Assembly: GCA_963792585.1 (NCBI GenBank)
Contig: CAWBWI010000006.1
Span: forward strand, 832,001 to 896,000
Reading direction: 5' to 3'
Origin: Candidatus Eiseniibacteriota bacterium
GTDB taxonomy: Bacteria; Eisenbacteria; RBG-16-71-46; CAIMUX01; VGJL01
DNA: 64,000 nucleotides
Shown here: positions 1 through 10,000 of the stretch, in pieces
Layout of the letters: every line of letters starts with the position of its first letter
Position numbering within the stretch: position 1 is the first letter of the stretch
Translations under genes and position numbers: made by a program
Notes under the pieces: model-generated
Database searches by the model: none
Told to the model about the DNA's origin: nothing
What the model saw: the letters and a program-made list of their open reading frames with translations, nothing else

Positions 1-90
1 ACCACGGGCCATGAAGATGGGCGAGCCCTGCGCCTTGCGCCCTCCTTCGACCCGCCGGGACTCTCGCTCGTCCTGACCTTCTCCCGCTGA
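1..90 (+). CDS. 3' end of a gene truncated by the window edge (hypothetical)
   Basis: Frame 1 is open from base 1 to TGA at 88-90 (...RLAPSFDPPGLSLVLTFSR*). It is followed by hairpins and a convergent gene. Confidence 0.35.
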   Translation, partial: TTGHEDGRALRLAPSFDPPGLSLVLTFSR

Positions 91-111
91 TCCGGCTTTC
101 CGGAAAGGAGA

Positions 112-145
112 CGGCGGCGCGGACCCTCACGAGTCCCCGCCGCCG
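112..145. terminator. GC-rich hairpin between convergent genes, possible bidirectional terminator
   Basis: CGGCGGCG (112-119) pairs with CGCCGCCG (138-145), just past the stop of the minus-strand gene at 170. Confidence 0.4.
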
Positions 146-169
146 CCCTTGGAATCGAACTCCTGCCCG

Positions 170-3100
170 CTACTCGAGCAGCATCATCTTCTTCGTCGCG
201 GTCTCGCTCTCGGACTGGATCTTGTAGAGATAGATCCCGGATGGGACCGCGTGCCCCAGGTCGTCCCGGCCGTCCCAAACAACGGAATGCTCACCGGCCG
301 ACAGGACGCCATCGACGAGACTGCGAATCGCACGCCCGCTCACGTCGAAGACCGTCAGCTGCGCCGCGCCGCCCACCGCCAATGAGAAGCGGACCGTCGT
401 CCTCGGATTGAAGGGGTTGGGCCGGTTCTGATCGAGCGAGAAGTGCGCCGGCACGGACCCATCCGGCGCGTCCGCCCCGAGGAATCCCGTCGCGAGGATC
501 GCGAAATCGTCCACGGCGGCCTCCACGATCGACTCACCGAGAACGTCCTGTGCGATGAAGCGCACCCTCACCTGGGTGGTCAACGGGATGTAGTCGCTCA
601 AATCGAATTCCATCAGACGCCAGCTGCGGTCGCTGTCGGTCGTGTTCTCCAGATCGACCCAGCTCGACCCGTCGTTGGCGGACACCTGCACGATCCAGGC
701 ATCTTCGTTCGGGTTGTTGGCCGTGTTGTTCGTGAACCAGCGGTAGTACCGCAAGACGACGATGCCATCGACATCCACGTTGATGCGAGGAGAGGTGACC
801 GTGGTCCGCCCCCCGTCGACGTCGTTGGCGCCCTGACCCGCGCCCACGGCGGCGTTGCCGGTCACCCAGCACGAACGCCCCGGATCGGCGGTGTGGTCGC
901 TCTCCGGCTGCACCGGATCACTCCCGCTGTAGGTTCCGTTCGGATCGACCCGGACCCACAGACCCGTTGTGGCGGTGTCGTTCGGACCGCCCACCGTCCA
1001 ACCTCGATCGAATTCCATGTCGTCGTCGAAGAGGGCGACCACGGGCTCGACGTAGAAGTGGTAGAGCTGCCCGGGCGCACCGGCGGGGCTCACGCCGATG
1101 TTGTCCCCCGTGTCCCGCGCCTGAATGTAGTACTCGACCAGCGTGTGCCAGGGCTGGCCGGGGATTTGCCCGATATAGACATTCGGCCCCTGGCTGGCGA
1201 GGCTGGTTGGAGTGAAGGCGCCACCGTTCGTGCGGTAGAACAGGGTCGCCTCCGCGAGCGGAGAGAAATCGGTGATCGTCGCCTGCGCGACATAGGGGCC
1301 GATCGTATCGCTGCGGCTCACGAGGACCGCGTGCAGGATCTGGGGGACCGAGATGTCCCGCAGCGAGAAGTTGACCTGCTCCGTCGATCCGGCCGCGATG
1401 ACGATCCCGCTCACCGAATCCGGGGCGAAACCAACGTGCGTCGCCCGCAGCGAGTAGGTCCCGGGAGCCTCCTGCGCGGAGTAGCTCCCATCGGCGCCCG
1501 TTGTGTACTGATGCCCGTTCTCGATCACGGTGATCGTCGATGCGGGAAGCGGAGCCTCGTTGGCCGACTGGTTACTGACGACTCCCGAGATGATCCCGGC
1601 GATCACCTCGCGTGTCGGAATGAAGCGGATGGCCCTTCCCGCCACGACCTGCGCGGCTCCCGGCGGATACTGGTTGAAGAAGGTGATCAGGATGCCGTCA
1701 TCCTGCAACTCGTTCTCGATGCCGACCGTCGCGTACCCGTCGGTATTGTCGGGGAAGCTGACCGTGTTGTACTGGAACAGGATCTCGCCATCCCCCGTCT
1801 CGGTCGGATGGTAGGCGGGATCGTACAAGATCATCTCGACGGTTTCAGTGGCGTTGCCGACCATGTTCTTCATCCGACTCCACTCGACAATGAAGGTGTG
1901 GTTGTCGGTGTCGTGCTTCGTCAGGATCTTCGAGGTGCCGCTCTGGATGTACAGGTCGTCCCAGAAGGCTGCGATCATCGCTTGCGGGCCGCCCGCGCCC
2001 GGGATCGTCCAGTTGCGGTACTCCTGATTGTATTGCGACCCCATCGCGAGCCATCCGTTGGAACAGAGGGTCGCCTTGTAGTAGGTGCCGCCGTAGTAGG
2101 TGAACGGGAACGGCAGATCGATCAACTTCGACTTGTCCTGCTGGTCGCCGTTGTCGGCGAGGTTGTGCTGTACGGCGTTCGGATCACCGTCGAGCTCGAT
2201 CCAGCTGTAGGTCGGCGCCTCCGGATAGGCGGTATCCGTGTTGTCGAATGCGTAGTAGCCGTACCGGTCCGGTCCGCACGGATCGGTCGTGGCGCGCGTC
2301 CCGATGGGGATCTCCACCGTGGTGGTGTCGATCGTTCCGTTCGAGAAGCTGAGGAGCACCTGGATCTTCCCCCGATACCCACGATACGTCTCGGGCGCGG
2401 CGTGAATCGTGAAGGTGTCGGCCGTGTTCTCCTCGATCGCGCCCACATTGATCGTGGCATAGGTGCCCAACCCGTCCGGCACGTCGATGAACTCGCTCTG
2501 TGTCAAAAGGGTCGCGGTCGGGTTGACTGCGGCCGCCCCGCCGAGATTGCGCAGGGAGATCTTGAGGGTTCCCGTCTCGCCGGGATCGAGCAGCCCGTTG
2601 CCGCCAACGTCTGTGAGTTGGAAGCTCTCCGCGACGAGATCGGCGGAAACGACGGTCACGTCGATGATGGAGTGATAGTTGTTGGACCCCGACTGCGCAT
2701 CCAAGTTGAGACGGACCGTCTGGCCGTGAGGACAGGCTCTCGCCACGCTGAAGATGAACGGGTCCGAGGCCGTTGCGGTTCCCCCCGCGGGAATGTCGCC
2801 GAAGATCACATCGGCGCGCGTGATCTGCACGTATGGATCGGCGGAGCTGATGTGGGCCGTCACGCCGGGCGCGAGCTGGGTGCCGAAGTTCTTCAACACC
2901 ACCGGCAGCTCGATCGTTTCGCCCGGATTGACCGACGCATCCCCGTTGCCTGAGCTTCCCCCGACACCATCGTCGTCGATCGTGGACCCGAAGTAGGAGA
3001 CATAGGCCGTGGCCCCGGCGACGGGGATCGACGCAAAGTAGGGGTAATGGTTGTGCTTGGTCACGGTGATCTTCAGATCGCCGGCCGTCGCAGCGTTGAC

Positions 3101-4999
3101 CGGCAGGTCGACGAAGCCCTGCGCATCGGTGAGCCCTGTAACGTAGATCTCGCTTCCCTTCCAGAGACAGACCTGCGCGTCCGCGATGGCGACATCCTGC
3201 TCCGTCATGACGGTGACGCCCACGGCGTTCGTGCCGATGGCCACGCTGGCGGGATGGCTGACGTTCATTGCGTCGGGATAGCCGGTGAAGCACTCGCCCG
3301 CCGGATCGCCCATGAGGTTGTTCCACTGCGACCAGATGACCACGCGGTTCGGGTCGACACCTTGATAGTTGGCGTAGAGCTCGTATTTCCCCCGCGTGAG
3401 CGCGGAGCCCATCGTGAAGAGATCCTGATAGGTCAGCCCATACATGATGCCGTAGTGGACGCAGTTGTTGAACCGCGTGTGAGTCCCCGTGGTGGCGGTC
3501 CCGATCGCGCCGAGACCTCCCTTCGGCGCGGTCGCAGTCCCCGCGCGGAGGAAGCCCTCGGACCGCGACGTCCCGCCGGAGAAGGAGCCGGTATCACAGG
3601 TGATCGTGACAACGAACGGCAGCTTCCAACCGTTGCTGAGGGCGTAGGTGTTGCTGTTCCCCCAGCCGCTCATCTGCCAGTAGCCTCGGTAGCTGAAGAT
3701 CGTGTCGCCGCGGTTCAGCGCGGTGGACATTTGACTGACGAAGTTGCCGCCGAAGATGGTGTCGATCTGGGTGTAGCCGATCTCCCTGAGGCGGTGCTTG
3801 ATCCACTGCTGGACTTGGATCGTGCTGATCCCCGAGGCGCCGGCGTCGCCGACCAGGCAAGCGCGCTTGAACCAGTCCGGATCCGACTGCACGTACGGCG
3901 CGCTTTCGTATCCGACGACCTTTGCGACCTCGGTCTCCAGTTCGGCCAGCGAGCTGATCGAGAGGCGGCCGATGTGCGCGTCGGCGAGGATGTCCCCGCC
4001 TTCGAGCTGCGTGTAGGGATGGTCCCCTTCCCCGTTGTAGCCGGAGAGGTTCTCGAACCAGGTCTGAATCGCAAAGCTGCCGTCCGCATCACCGACCAGG
4101 CAGATGTACTCGGGCGGATTCGGCCATGTGTTGTATGCGTTCTGTATCCAGTTCTTGATGCTGCTGGTGCTCGTCCCGGTTTGCGCGGTCGTCGCGAGGA
4201 CGACCGGAGATCCCTTGCGCGTGCGCCAGTCGACGAGGGGCTGCAACCGGGAGATCACGCCGTTGTCGTTCGGGCAGATGATCAGGTACGTCCCATTCTG
4301 GATGGTGACTCCCGCCGGCGGACCCGAGTAGTTGACAACAAGACCCCGGTAGAGCTGATCGAAGCTCGGCGCCATCGTGGACCGGTGGATCGTGCGGACG
4401 TTCTCCTCGCTCTTACCCTGGAAGCTCACGTCGACCCGCATCCGCTCGGCGACGCGGAGCGTCCCGGTGGAGGGGTTGTAGCGAACCGGATGGAACTTCA
4501 AGCTCACGAGGCGCAGATCACGGGCGATCGCGGGGCTGCCGGCCTTCACTGCCGGCGCCTCATCGAACCCGTTGTGCGCATACGACGCCGCATCGAGAGC
4601 GAATGCGCCTCCCGGCTCGTCCGACTGCATCGGGACGACGCGGTAGCCGGCCAGATCTTCCTCCGCCTCGGGGACAACCGTGACCGACACCGCGGCGTCG
4701 TCGGGGATCGCGAGCAGCCTGCTGAACGTGGGCAGGGCCGGCGACCCGATATCGCCCTCCACGATCCCGCCCGGGATCGTCACCATCTGGAACGCTTCGG
4801 TCCCATTGGTGACTTCCTCGACCGTCAACGTGGGCATCTCGAATACGAGACTCACCCCGCGGCTGTCCGAGGAAATGACCCGAATCTGCGGGAGATCCTC
4901 GGGTTTGTCGGAGGGGGTGGTGCGGATCGTCGGCGCACCCTGGGCCACCGTCGCGGAGATCAGGATGCAGACCAGACCAAGGGCAGAAAGCAGACGCAT
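170..4999 (-). CDS. Secreted C25 (gingipain-like) family protein with propeptide, Ig-like and carboxypeptidase-regulatory-like domains, and C-terminal FlgD-Ig sorting domain
   Basis: ATG 4999 with GGAGG RBS and signal peptide MRLLSALGLVCILIS. C25 motifs YICLVGD, DHPY, HIGRLS, TITCDTGSF, NLMGDP. C-terminus QNRPNPFNPRTTVRF...WDGRDD...SGIYLYK. Confidence 0.85.
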   Translation of the reverse strand: MRLLSALGLVCILISATVAQGAPTIRTTPSDKPEDLPQIRVISSDSRGVSLVFEMPTLTVEEVTNGTEAFQMVTIPGGIVEGDIGSPALPTFSRLLAIPDDAAVSVTVVPEAEEDLAGYRVVPMQSDEPGGAFALDAASYAHNGFDEAPAVKAGSPAIARDLRLVSLKFHPVRYNPSTGTLRVAERMRVDVSFQGKSEENVRTIHRSTMAPSFDQLYRGLVVNYSGPPAGVTIQNGTYLIICPNDNGVISRLQPLVDWRTRKGSPVVLATTAQTGTSTSSIKNWIQNAYNTWPNPPEYICLVGDADGSFAIQTWFENLSGYNGEGDHPYTQLEGGDILADAHIGRLSISSLAELETEVAKVVGYESAPYVQSDPDWFKRACLVGDAGASGISTIQVQQWIKHRLREIGYTQIDTIFGGNFVSQMSTALNRGDTIFSYRGYWQMSGWGNSNTYALSNGWKLPFVVTITCDTGSFSGGTSRSEGFLRAGTATAPKGGLGAIGTATTGTHTRFNNCVHYGIMYGLTYQDLFTMGSALTRGKYELYANYQGVDPNRVVIWSQWNNLMGDPAGECFTGYPDAMNVSHPASVAIGTNAVGVTVMTEQDVAIADAQVCLWKGSEIYVTGLTDAQGFVDLPVNAATAGDLKITVTKHNHYPYFASIPVAGATAYVSYFGSTIDDDGVGGSSGNGDASVNPGETIELPVVLKNFGTQLAPGVTAHISSADPYVQITRADVIFGDIPAGGTATASDPFIFSVARACPHGQTVRLNLDAQSGSNNYHSIIDVTVVSADLVAESFQLTDVGGNGLLDPGETGTLKISLRNLGGAAAVNPTATLLTQSEFIDVPDGLGTYATINVGAIEENTADTFTIHAAPETYRGYRGKIQVLLSFSNGTIDTTTVEIPIGTRATTDPCGPDRYGYYAFDNTDTAYPEAPTYSWIELDGDPNAVQHNLADNGDQQDKSKLIDLPFPFTYYGGTYYKATLCSNGWLAMGSQYNQEYRNWTIPGAGGPQAMIAAFWDDLYIQSGTSKILTKHDTDNHTFIVEWSRMKNMVGNATETVEMILYDPAYHPTETGDGEILFQYNTVSFPDNTDGYATVGIENELQDDGILITFFNQYPPGAAQVVAGRAIRFIPTREVIAGIISGVVSNQSANEAPLPASTITVIENGHQYTTGADGSYSAQEAPGTYSLRATHVGFAPDSVSGIVIAAGSTEQVNFSLRDISVPQILHAVLVSRSDTIGPYVAQATITDFSPLAEATLFYRTNGGAFTPTSLASQGPNVYIGQIPGQPWHTLVEYYIQARDTGDNIGVSPAGAPGQLYHFYVEPVVALFDDDMEFDRGWTVGGPNDTATTGLWVRVDPNGTYSGSDPVQPESDHTADPGRSCWVTGNAAVGAGQGANDVDGGRTTVTSPRINVDVDGIVVLRYYRWFTNNTANNPNEDAWIVQVSANDGSSWVDLENTTDSDRSWRLMEFDLSDYIPLTTQVRVRFIAQDVLGESIVEAAVDDFAILATGFLGADAPDGSVPAHFSLDQNRPNPFNPRTTVRFSLAVGGAAQLTVFDVSGRAIRSLVDGVLSAGEHSVVWDGRDDLGHAVPSGIYLYKIQSESETATKKMMLLE

Positions 5000-5191
5000 C
5001 GGTTCCTCCAGAATTCCTAATGGGAAGATGCGGGAGTGAAGCTTCAAGAAGATGTAACCCCTCTATCCATGGGTCGACACGGCCATTCCTATAGTACTCC
5101 TTTCGATCGGCTTGGGGAAGAAGTGGCCGCGAACCGGGGCGTTCAGGATCGTCCCGCAGTGGGTTTCCGGCTCGTCCCAAAGGCCGCAACA

Positions 5192-5200
5192 TGCTATAAT
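5192..5200 (+). promoter_or_regulatory. Extended -10 promoter element (TGnTATAAT)
   Basis: TGCTATAAT about 47 nt upstream of ATG 5247, in the divergent intergenic region. Confidence 0.55.
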
Positions 5201-5246
5201 TTGGGTGCTTCGGTCCAGGGCCTGAAACAACTGCGAGGAGCCATCT

Positions 5247-6902
5247 ATGAACCGCATATCTGCTGTCGTGCTTGTCCTGATTCTGTTCGCCGTGCCGGCA
5301 GGCGCAGTCACCCGTAACGTTCCGGGGGACTATCCGACCATTCAAGCGGCCGTCAACGCCTCCAATGCCGGAGACGTCGTCCAGGTCGCGGCCGGGACCT
5401 ATGGGGATGTAACGCATCAGCCGGGCAATGGCGACACGACACGGTGCGCCGTGATCATGAAATCAGGAATCACCATCGACGGCGCGGGCCCCGGGCAGAC
5501 GATCATCAATGCCGACTCCCTCGGCCGGGGAATTCACTGCCAGCGGGTCACGAACGTGACGATCCGCGACCTCACGATCCGGAGGGCCTATGCCCCCGTC
5601 CACGGCGCAGGCATCTTCATGAGGGATACCTCCACGGTGGCGGTCTTCAATTGCGAGATCAAGGACTGCTTCGACGGCGGCGTGATCTACCTCAATGGCT
5701 GCTCCGGCACGCTCAACTTGTGCACGATCACCAACAACCTCTCCAAGCAAGGTGGCGGGGTGGCGATCGAGGATAACTGCAGCCCCATCGTCAACAACTG
5801 CACGATCTCGGGCAATCAGGCCCCCGTGGCCGGAGGCCTCTTCATTCGCGCCTTCTGCGCGCCCCGGATCGAGAACTGCACGATTTCGAACAACCAACTG
5901 AACTCGGCCAACGGCGCGGGAGGCGGGGTCGCCGTCCTGAACAGCGCCCCCATTTTCATCAATACGAAGATCCTGAACAACGTGGGCGACGGGATCGGCG
6001 GCGGGATCGAGATCGTCGACAGCGCGGACGTAACGATGAGCGGGTGCACGATTCAGGGCAATTCGACGAGCGCGGCATACGGCCCCGGCGGCGGCGTCTA
6101 CCTCGAGTTCTCCAGCCTGGCCATGACCAATTGCCTGATCAGCCGCAATACGATGGCTGGCAGCGGCTCTGACGGCGCCGGGATCTTCGCCTTCTTCGCT
6201 AACACGATCACCCTGAGCCAGGTGACGATCGCGGCCAACGCCAACAACAGCGGCCAGGCCGGGGGCGCGGGCGGAATCGCCGTCTGGTTCGGATCTCCGA
6301 CGATCTCCAAGTCGATCATCGCGTTCAACAGTCCGGGAGCAGCGCTCGTTTGCCTCGACGGCGGCGACAATCCCACCGTCTCCTGCTCCGACATCTATGG
6401 GAACCAGGGCGGCAACGCGATCTGCGGGACGGACGGGGGTCACAACTTCTCCCTCGATCCGTTGTTCTGCGACCTGGCGAACAACAACTTCCGGCTCCAG
6501 ATGACCTCTCCCTGCTACCCGGGACATCATCCGGACGGCGGGTTCGCGTGCAACAGGGACCGGATCGGCGGCGTCGACCCGGGCTGCAATCCCGCCGACG
6601 CGGACGAAGCCGCCGCGATCCCGGCGGAGACGCGTCTTATCCGCAACCTGCCAAACCCGTTCCATCCTCCCACGACGATCGAATATGAAGTCGCTCGGGC
6701 CGGGCACGTCGTCCTGCGGATATTCGACGTCTCGGGCCGTCAGATCCGGAGCCTGGAGAATCGGGACCTGCCGGCGGGCCGTTACACGGCCCAGTGGGAC
6801 GGGCGCGACGAGGACGGCAAGGCCGTCTCGAGCGGCGTCTACTTCTACCGGCTGAGAGTCAACGGCGCCGAAGCGACGCGCCGGATGGTCCTGACCCGAT
6901 AA
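5247..6902 (+). CDS. Secreted right-handed parallel beta-helix repeat protein with C-terminal FlgD-Ig domain
   Basis: Signal peptide; VPGDYPTIQAAV start typical of pectin-lyase-fold proteins; repeated CTIxxN...GGG motifs; DPLFCD; C-terminal PNPF...WDGRD...SGVYFYRL. Confidence 0.85.
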   Translation: MNRISAVVLVLILFAVPAGAVTRNVPGDYPTIQAAVNASNAGDVVQVAAGTYGDVTHQPGNGDTTRCAVIMKSGITIDGAGPGQTIINADSLGRGIHCQRVTNVTIRDLTIRRAYAPVHGAGIFMRDTSTVAVFNCEIKDCFDGGVIYLNGCSGTLNLCTITNNLSKQGGGVAIEDNCSPIVNNCTISGNQAPVAGGLFIRAFCAPRIENCTISNNQLNSANGAGGGVAVLNSAPIFINTKILNNVGDGIGGGIEIVDSADVTMSGCTIQGNSTSAAYGPGGGVYLEFSSLAMTNCLISRNTMAGSGSDGAGIFAFFANTITLSQVTIAANANNSGQAGGAGGIAVWFGSPTISKSIIAFNSPGAALVCLDGGDNPTVSCSDIYGNQGGNAICGTDGGHNFSLDPLFCDLANNNFRLQMTSPCYPGHHPDGGFACNRDRIGGVDPGCNPADADEAAAIPAETRLIRNLPNPFHPPTTIEYEVARAGHVVLRIFDVSGRQIRSLENRDLPAGRYTAQWDGRDEDGKAVSSGVYFYRLRVNGAEATRRMVLTR

Positions 6903-6919
6903 TCTCGGAAGTCACCCCA

Positions 6920-6962
6920 CGCCCCCCGCATCCGGTCGGATCGCGGGGGGCGCTGCTTTTTT
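6920..6962 (+). terminator. Rho-independent terminator
   Basis: CGCCCCCCGC...GCGGGGGGCG stem followed by a T6 run, just after the stop at 6902. Confidence 0.7.
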
Positions 6963-7059
6963 ATCTTCTTGCGGCGCTTGATGGTATCATCGGGAACGCG
7001 ACCGGACCGCTGCGACGGTGGATGGCGGGTTGGGGCTTGTTGGACACATGGGAGGAGCG

Positions 7060-10000
7060 ATGCGGACCATCCTGATCCTGTCGGTAATGCTGTCACTGGC
7101 GACCGCCGCGGTCGCCGTCGAAATTGCGGGGCCACCCGCCGGTTCGGCGATTCACTGCACTGCGCAAGTCTCGTCGGGGCGGACCATCTTGACCCTTCAG
7201 GATGACGCCAGCAGTCCCTTTGCGGATGCAATCTCGCGGCTCGTGGTCCTCCCCCCGGAGGGGACGCCGCGGGTCCGTCTTCTCTCGACCGATGACGGCG
7301 ACGATCCCCCGATCGACGTGACGACGGGACCGCCGATGATCCTGCGGGGCCTTCGCGTTCTCCCCGTGACGATCACCGCGCGCGCATCGGAGTCCGGCAA
7401 GACGAGCGAACCGATGCCGCACACGATTCAGATCGATGTGCGCTGCGACGAGGCGGGCGCGTCGACCGCGATCGACTCCCCCGCGCTTCGGTTCAGCCGC
7501 GGGTTCTTCGAACCGCTCGCCGGGGTGATCGCGCCCGAGCAGCTCGCAATGATTCCCGCGACCGCCGAAGGCACCTACCTGATCGTGACCGATCCCCAGT
7601 TCCTTGCGGCGGTGGAGCCGTTCGCCGCCTGGAAGCGGGCCAAAGGGCTGGATGTGGTCGTCGTCACGACCGACGTGACCGGTCACCAGAACAACGAGAT
7701 CCGCAACTACATCCAGGGTCTCTATGACTCCCAGACGCCGCCCCAGTATGTCCTTCTGGTCGGCGACACGCCCGACGCCTCGTTCAACGGCGGAGTCCCC
7801 GGCTTCGACTTCGCGGGAACGATCTCGGATCTCCCGTTCAGCTTGATGGACGGTGACGACTTCCTTCCCGATCTACTCGTGGGACGCCTCTCCGCCCGGT
7901 CTCTGGAGCAGGCTCAGACAATCGTCGCGAAGATCCTCCGGCACGAGCAAAACCCCTACACGGAGGAAGGGACCGACTGGTTCCAGCGCGGTCTCGTCGT
8001 CGCGGCCGACTACGCCTCCTCCACACCGGTCCCGGTGTCCCGGTGGTGCCGCAATCAACTCCTGGACCTGGGATACGCCGCGGTCGACTCGGTTTACTTC
8101 CCGCCGCATTGGGGCACGGGCGCGATCCTCATTCCTAGATCGATCAACGCCGGCGTTTCGGTCGTGAGTTACCGCGGTTGGGCGTACGGGATCTTCGGGT
8201 GGGAACCGCCCCACTTCACCCTGACCGAGATCGCCGGCCTCACCAACGGCTGGAAGCTTCCGGTCGTCTTCAGCTTCGTCTGCCAGAACAACGACTTCAA
8301 GGAGCCCGAGTGCTTCGGGGAGGCATGGATTCGCGCCGGCACGGCGACGGAACCCAAGGGCGCGGTGGCTTTCGTCGGGAATAGCGAACCGTGGTCGCAC
8401 ACCCGTTTCAACGACGCGGCAGCGATCGGCGCCTTCGAGGCGATGTCCTCGGGCACCCGCCGGATGGGCGAGATCCTCACATCGTTCAAGATGGGGTGGC
8501 TCACCCAGTTCCCGGCCGAGGTCCCCTTCAGCGGCGATGGGAAGGAATCGGTCGAGTACTACTTCTACATCTACAGCCTGCTCGGCGATCCGGAGATGGA
8601 GATGTGGATGGCTCCCCCCCGGCCCATCACGGTCTCCTATGCCAATCCTCTCCCGATCGGCGGCAACTTCCTGGATGTCTCCGTCACCACCTCGGGCGAT
8701 CCGGTCGCGGGAGTCCGCGTCGGGCTGACCCAGAACGGGGCTCGAATCGGGAGCGGATGGACGGATGCTTCGGGAATCGCCCACGTCCCGGCCGCGCTCG
8801 CAACGGCCGGCGAGGTCATCGTCACGGTCACCGGAAAGGGCGTGGCCCCGTTCGGCGGAACGGCCGAAGTGCAGGCGGGCCTGCCGTTCCTCTCGGTCCA
8901 GTCGACCGGGATCGATGACGACGGCCAGGGCGCCAGCTCGGGCAACGGAGACCTCGTCGCCAACCCCGGAGAGACGATCGAGCTCCTCGTGAGCCTCCGA
9001 AATCAGGGATCCACGGCCGCAACGGGAGTGCAAGGGACGCTCTCACCCGTCGGAGGAATCTCCATCATTTCGGGCGCGGCCGACTTCCCGGACATCCCCG
9101 CCGGCGGAACGGCAGCGAGCAGCTCGCCCTTCGTCGTGCGCGTCGATGCCGGCGCCGAGAACGGCCTCGTGGGGCGTCTGCGCCTCGATGTCGGGGCCGG
9201 AGCGATTCACTCCGTCTCCGACCTGGTTCTCGATGTGGTTGCCGCCGATCTCATCGCGGCTCAGGTTGTCGTCGACGGCGACGGCGTGCTGGATCCGGGC
9301 GAAGAGGGAAACCTGAGTGTTTCCTTCCGGAACGCGGGAGCCGTCCCGACCGGAACCATGTCCGGCATCCTGCGAACCAGCACCCCCGACCTCGTCGCTC
9401 TGGTCGATTCCACCGCCGACTATGCTTCGATCCCGTCAGGTGAACTCGGCGGGCTCGTCAACGCATTCCGCCTGAGGGTGGCTCCGGACGCCGGGATCGG
9501 GCGTGTGGCCGTGCTCCGAGCGATCCTGACGTGCGGGGGCGGCCAGATCATCGAGACGTCCTTCTCGGTGTCGATCGGCAGCGTCGACCACAGCGCCCCG
9601 TTGGGTCCCGACGCGTTCGGCTATTACGCCTACGACAACAGCGACACGGACTATCCGGCCGGCGCCCCGACGTTTGACTGGGTGACCTGCTCGACGGTCT
9701 ACGGCGGGCAGGGGACGAAGCTGTCGCTGGCAGACAATCAGGTCGCCGTCGTCGACTTGCCCTTCCCGTTCACCTACTACGGGAGCTCCTACGACCGGAT
9801 CGCCGTGAGCGACAACGGGTGGGTCTCGTTCGATACCTCGACCTACTACGACTACTACAACTGGCACATGCCCAACATCTACGGCAACGGCGCCCAGATC
9901 GCCCCGTTCTGGGACAACCTGGACCCGATGAAGAAGCGGTACGGGGTCGGAATCGCGGACGGGGTCTATACCTGGTTCGATGAAGCACACCATCGATTCG

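Noticed and set aside
443..5020. Long plus-strand ORFs 443..2953 and 3047..5020
   Set aside because: Antisense shadows of the C25 gene, typical of high-GC DNA; Arg/Val/Gly-rich with no motifs.
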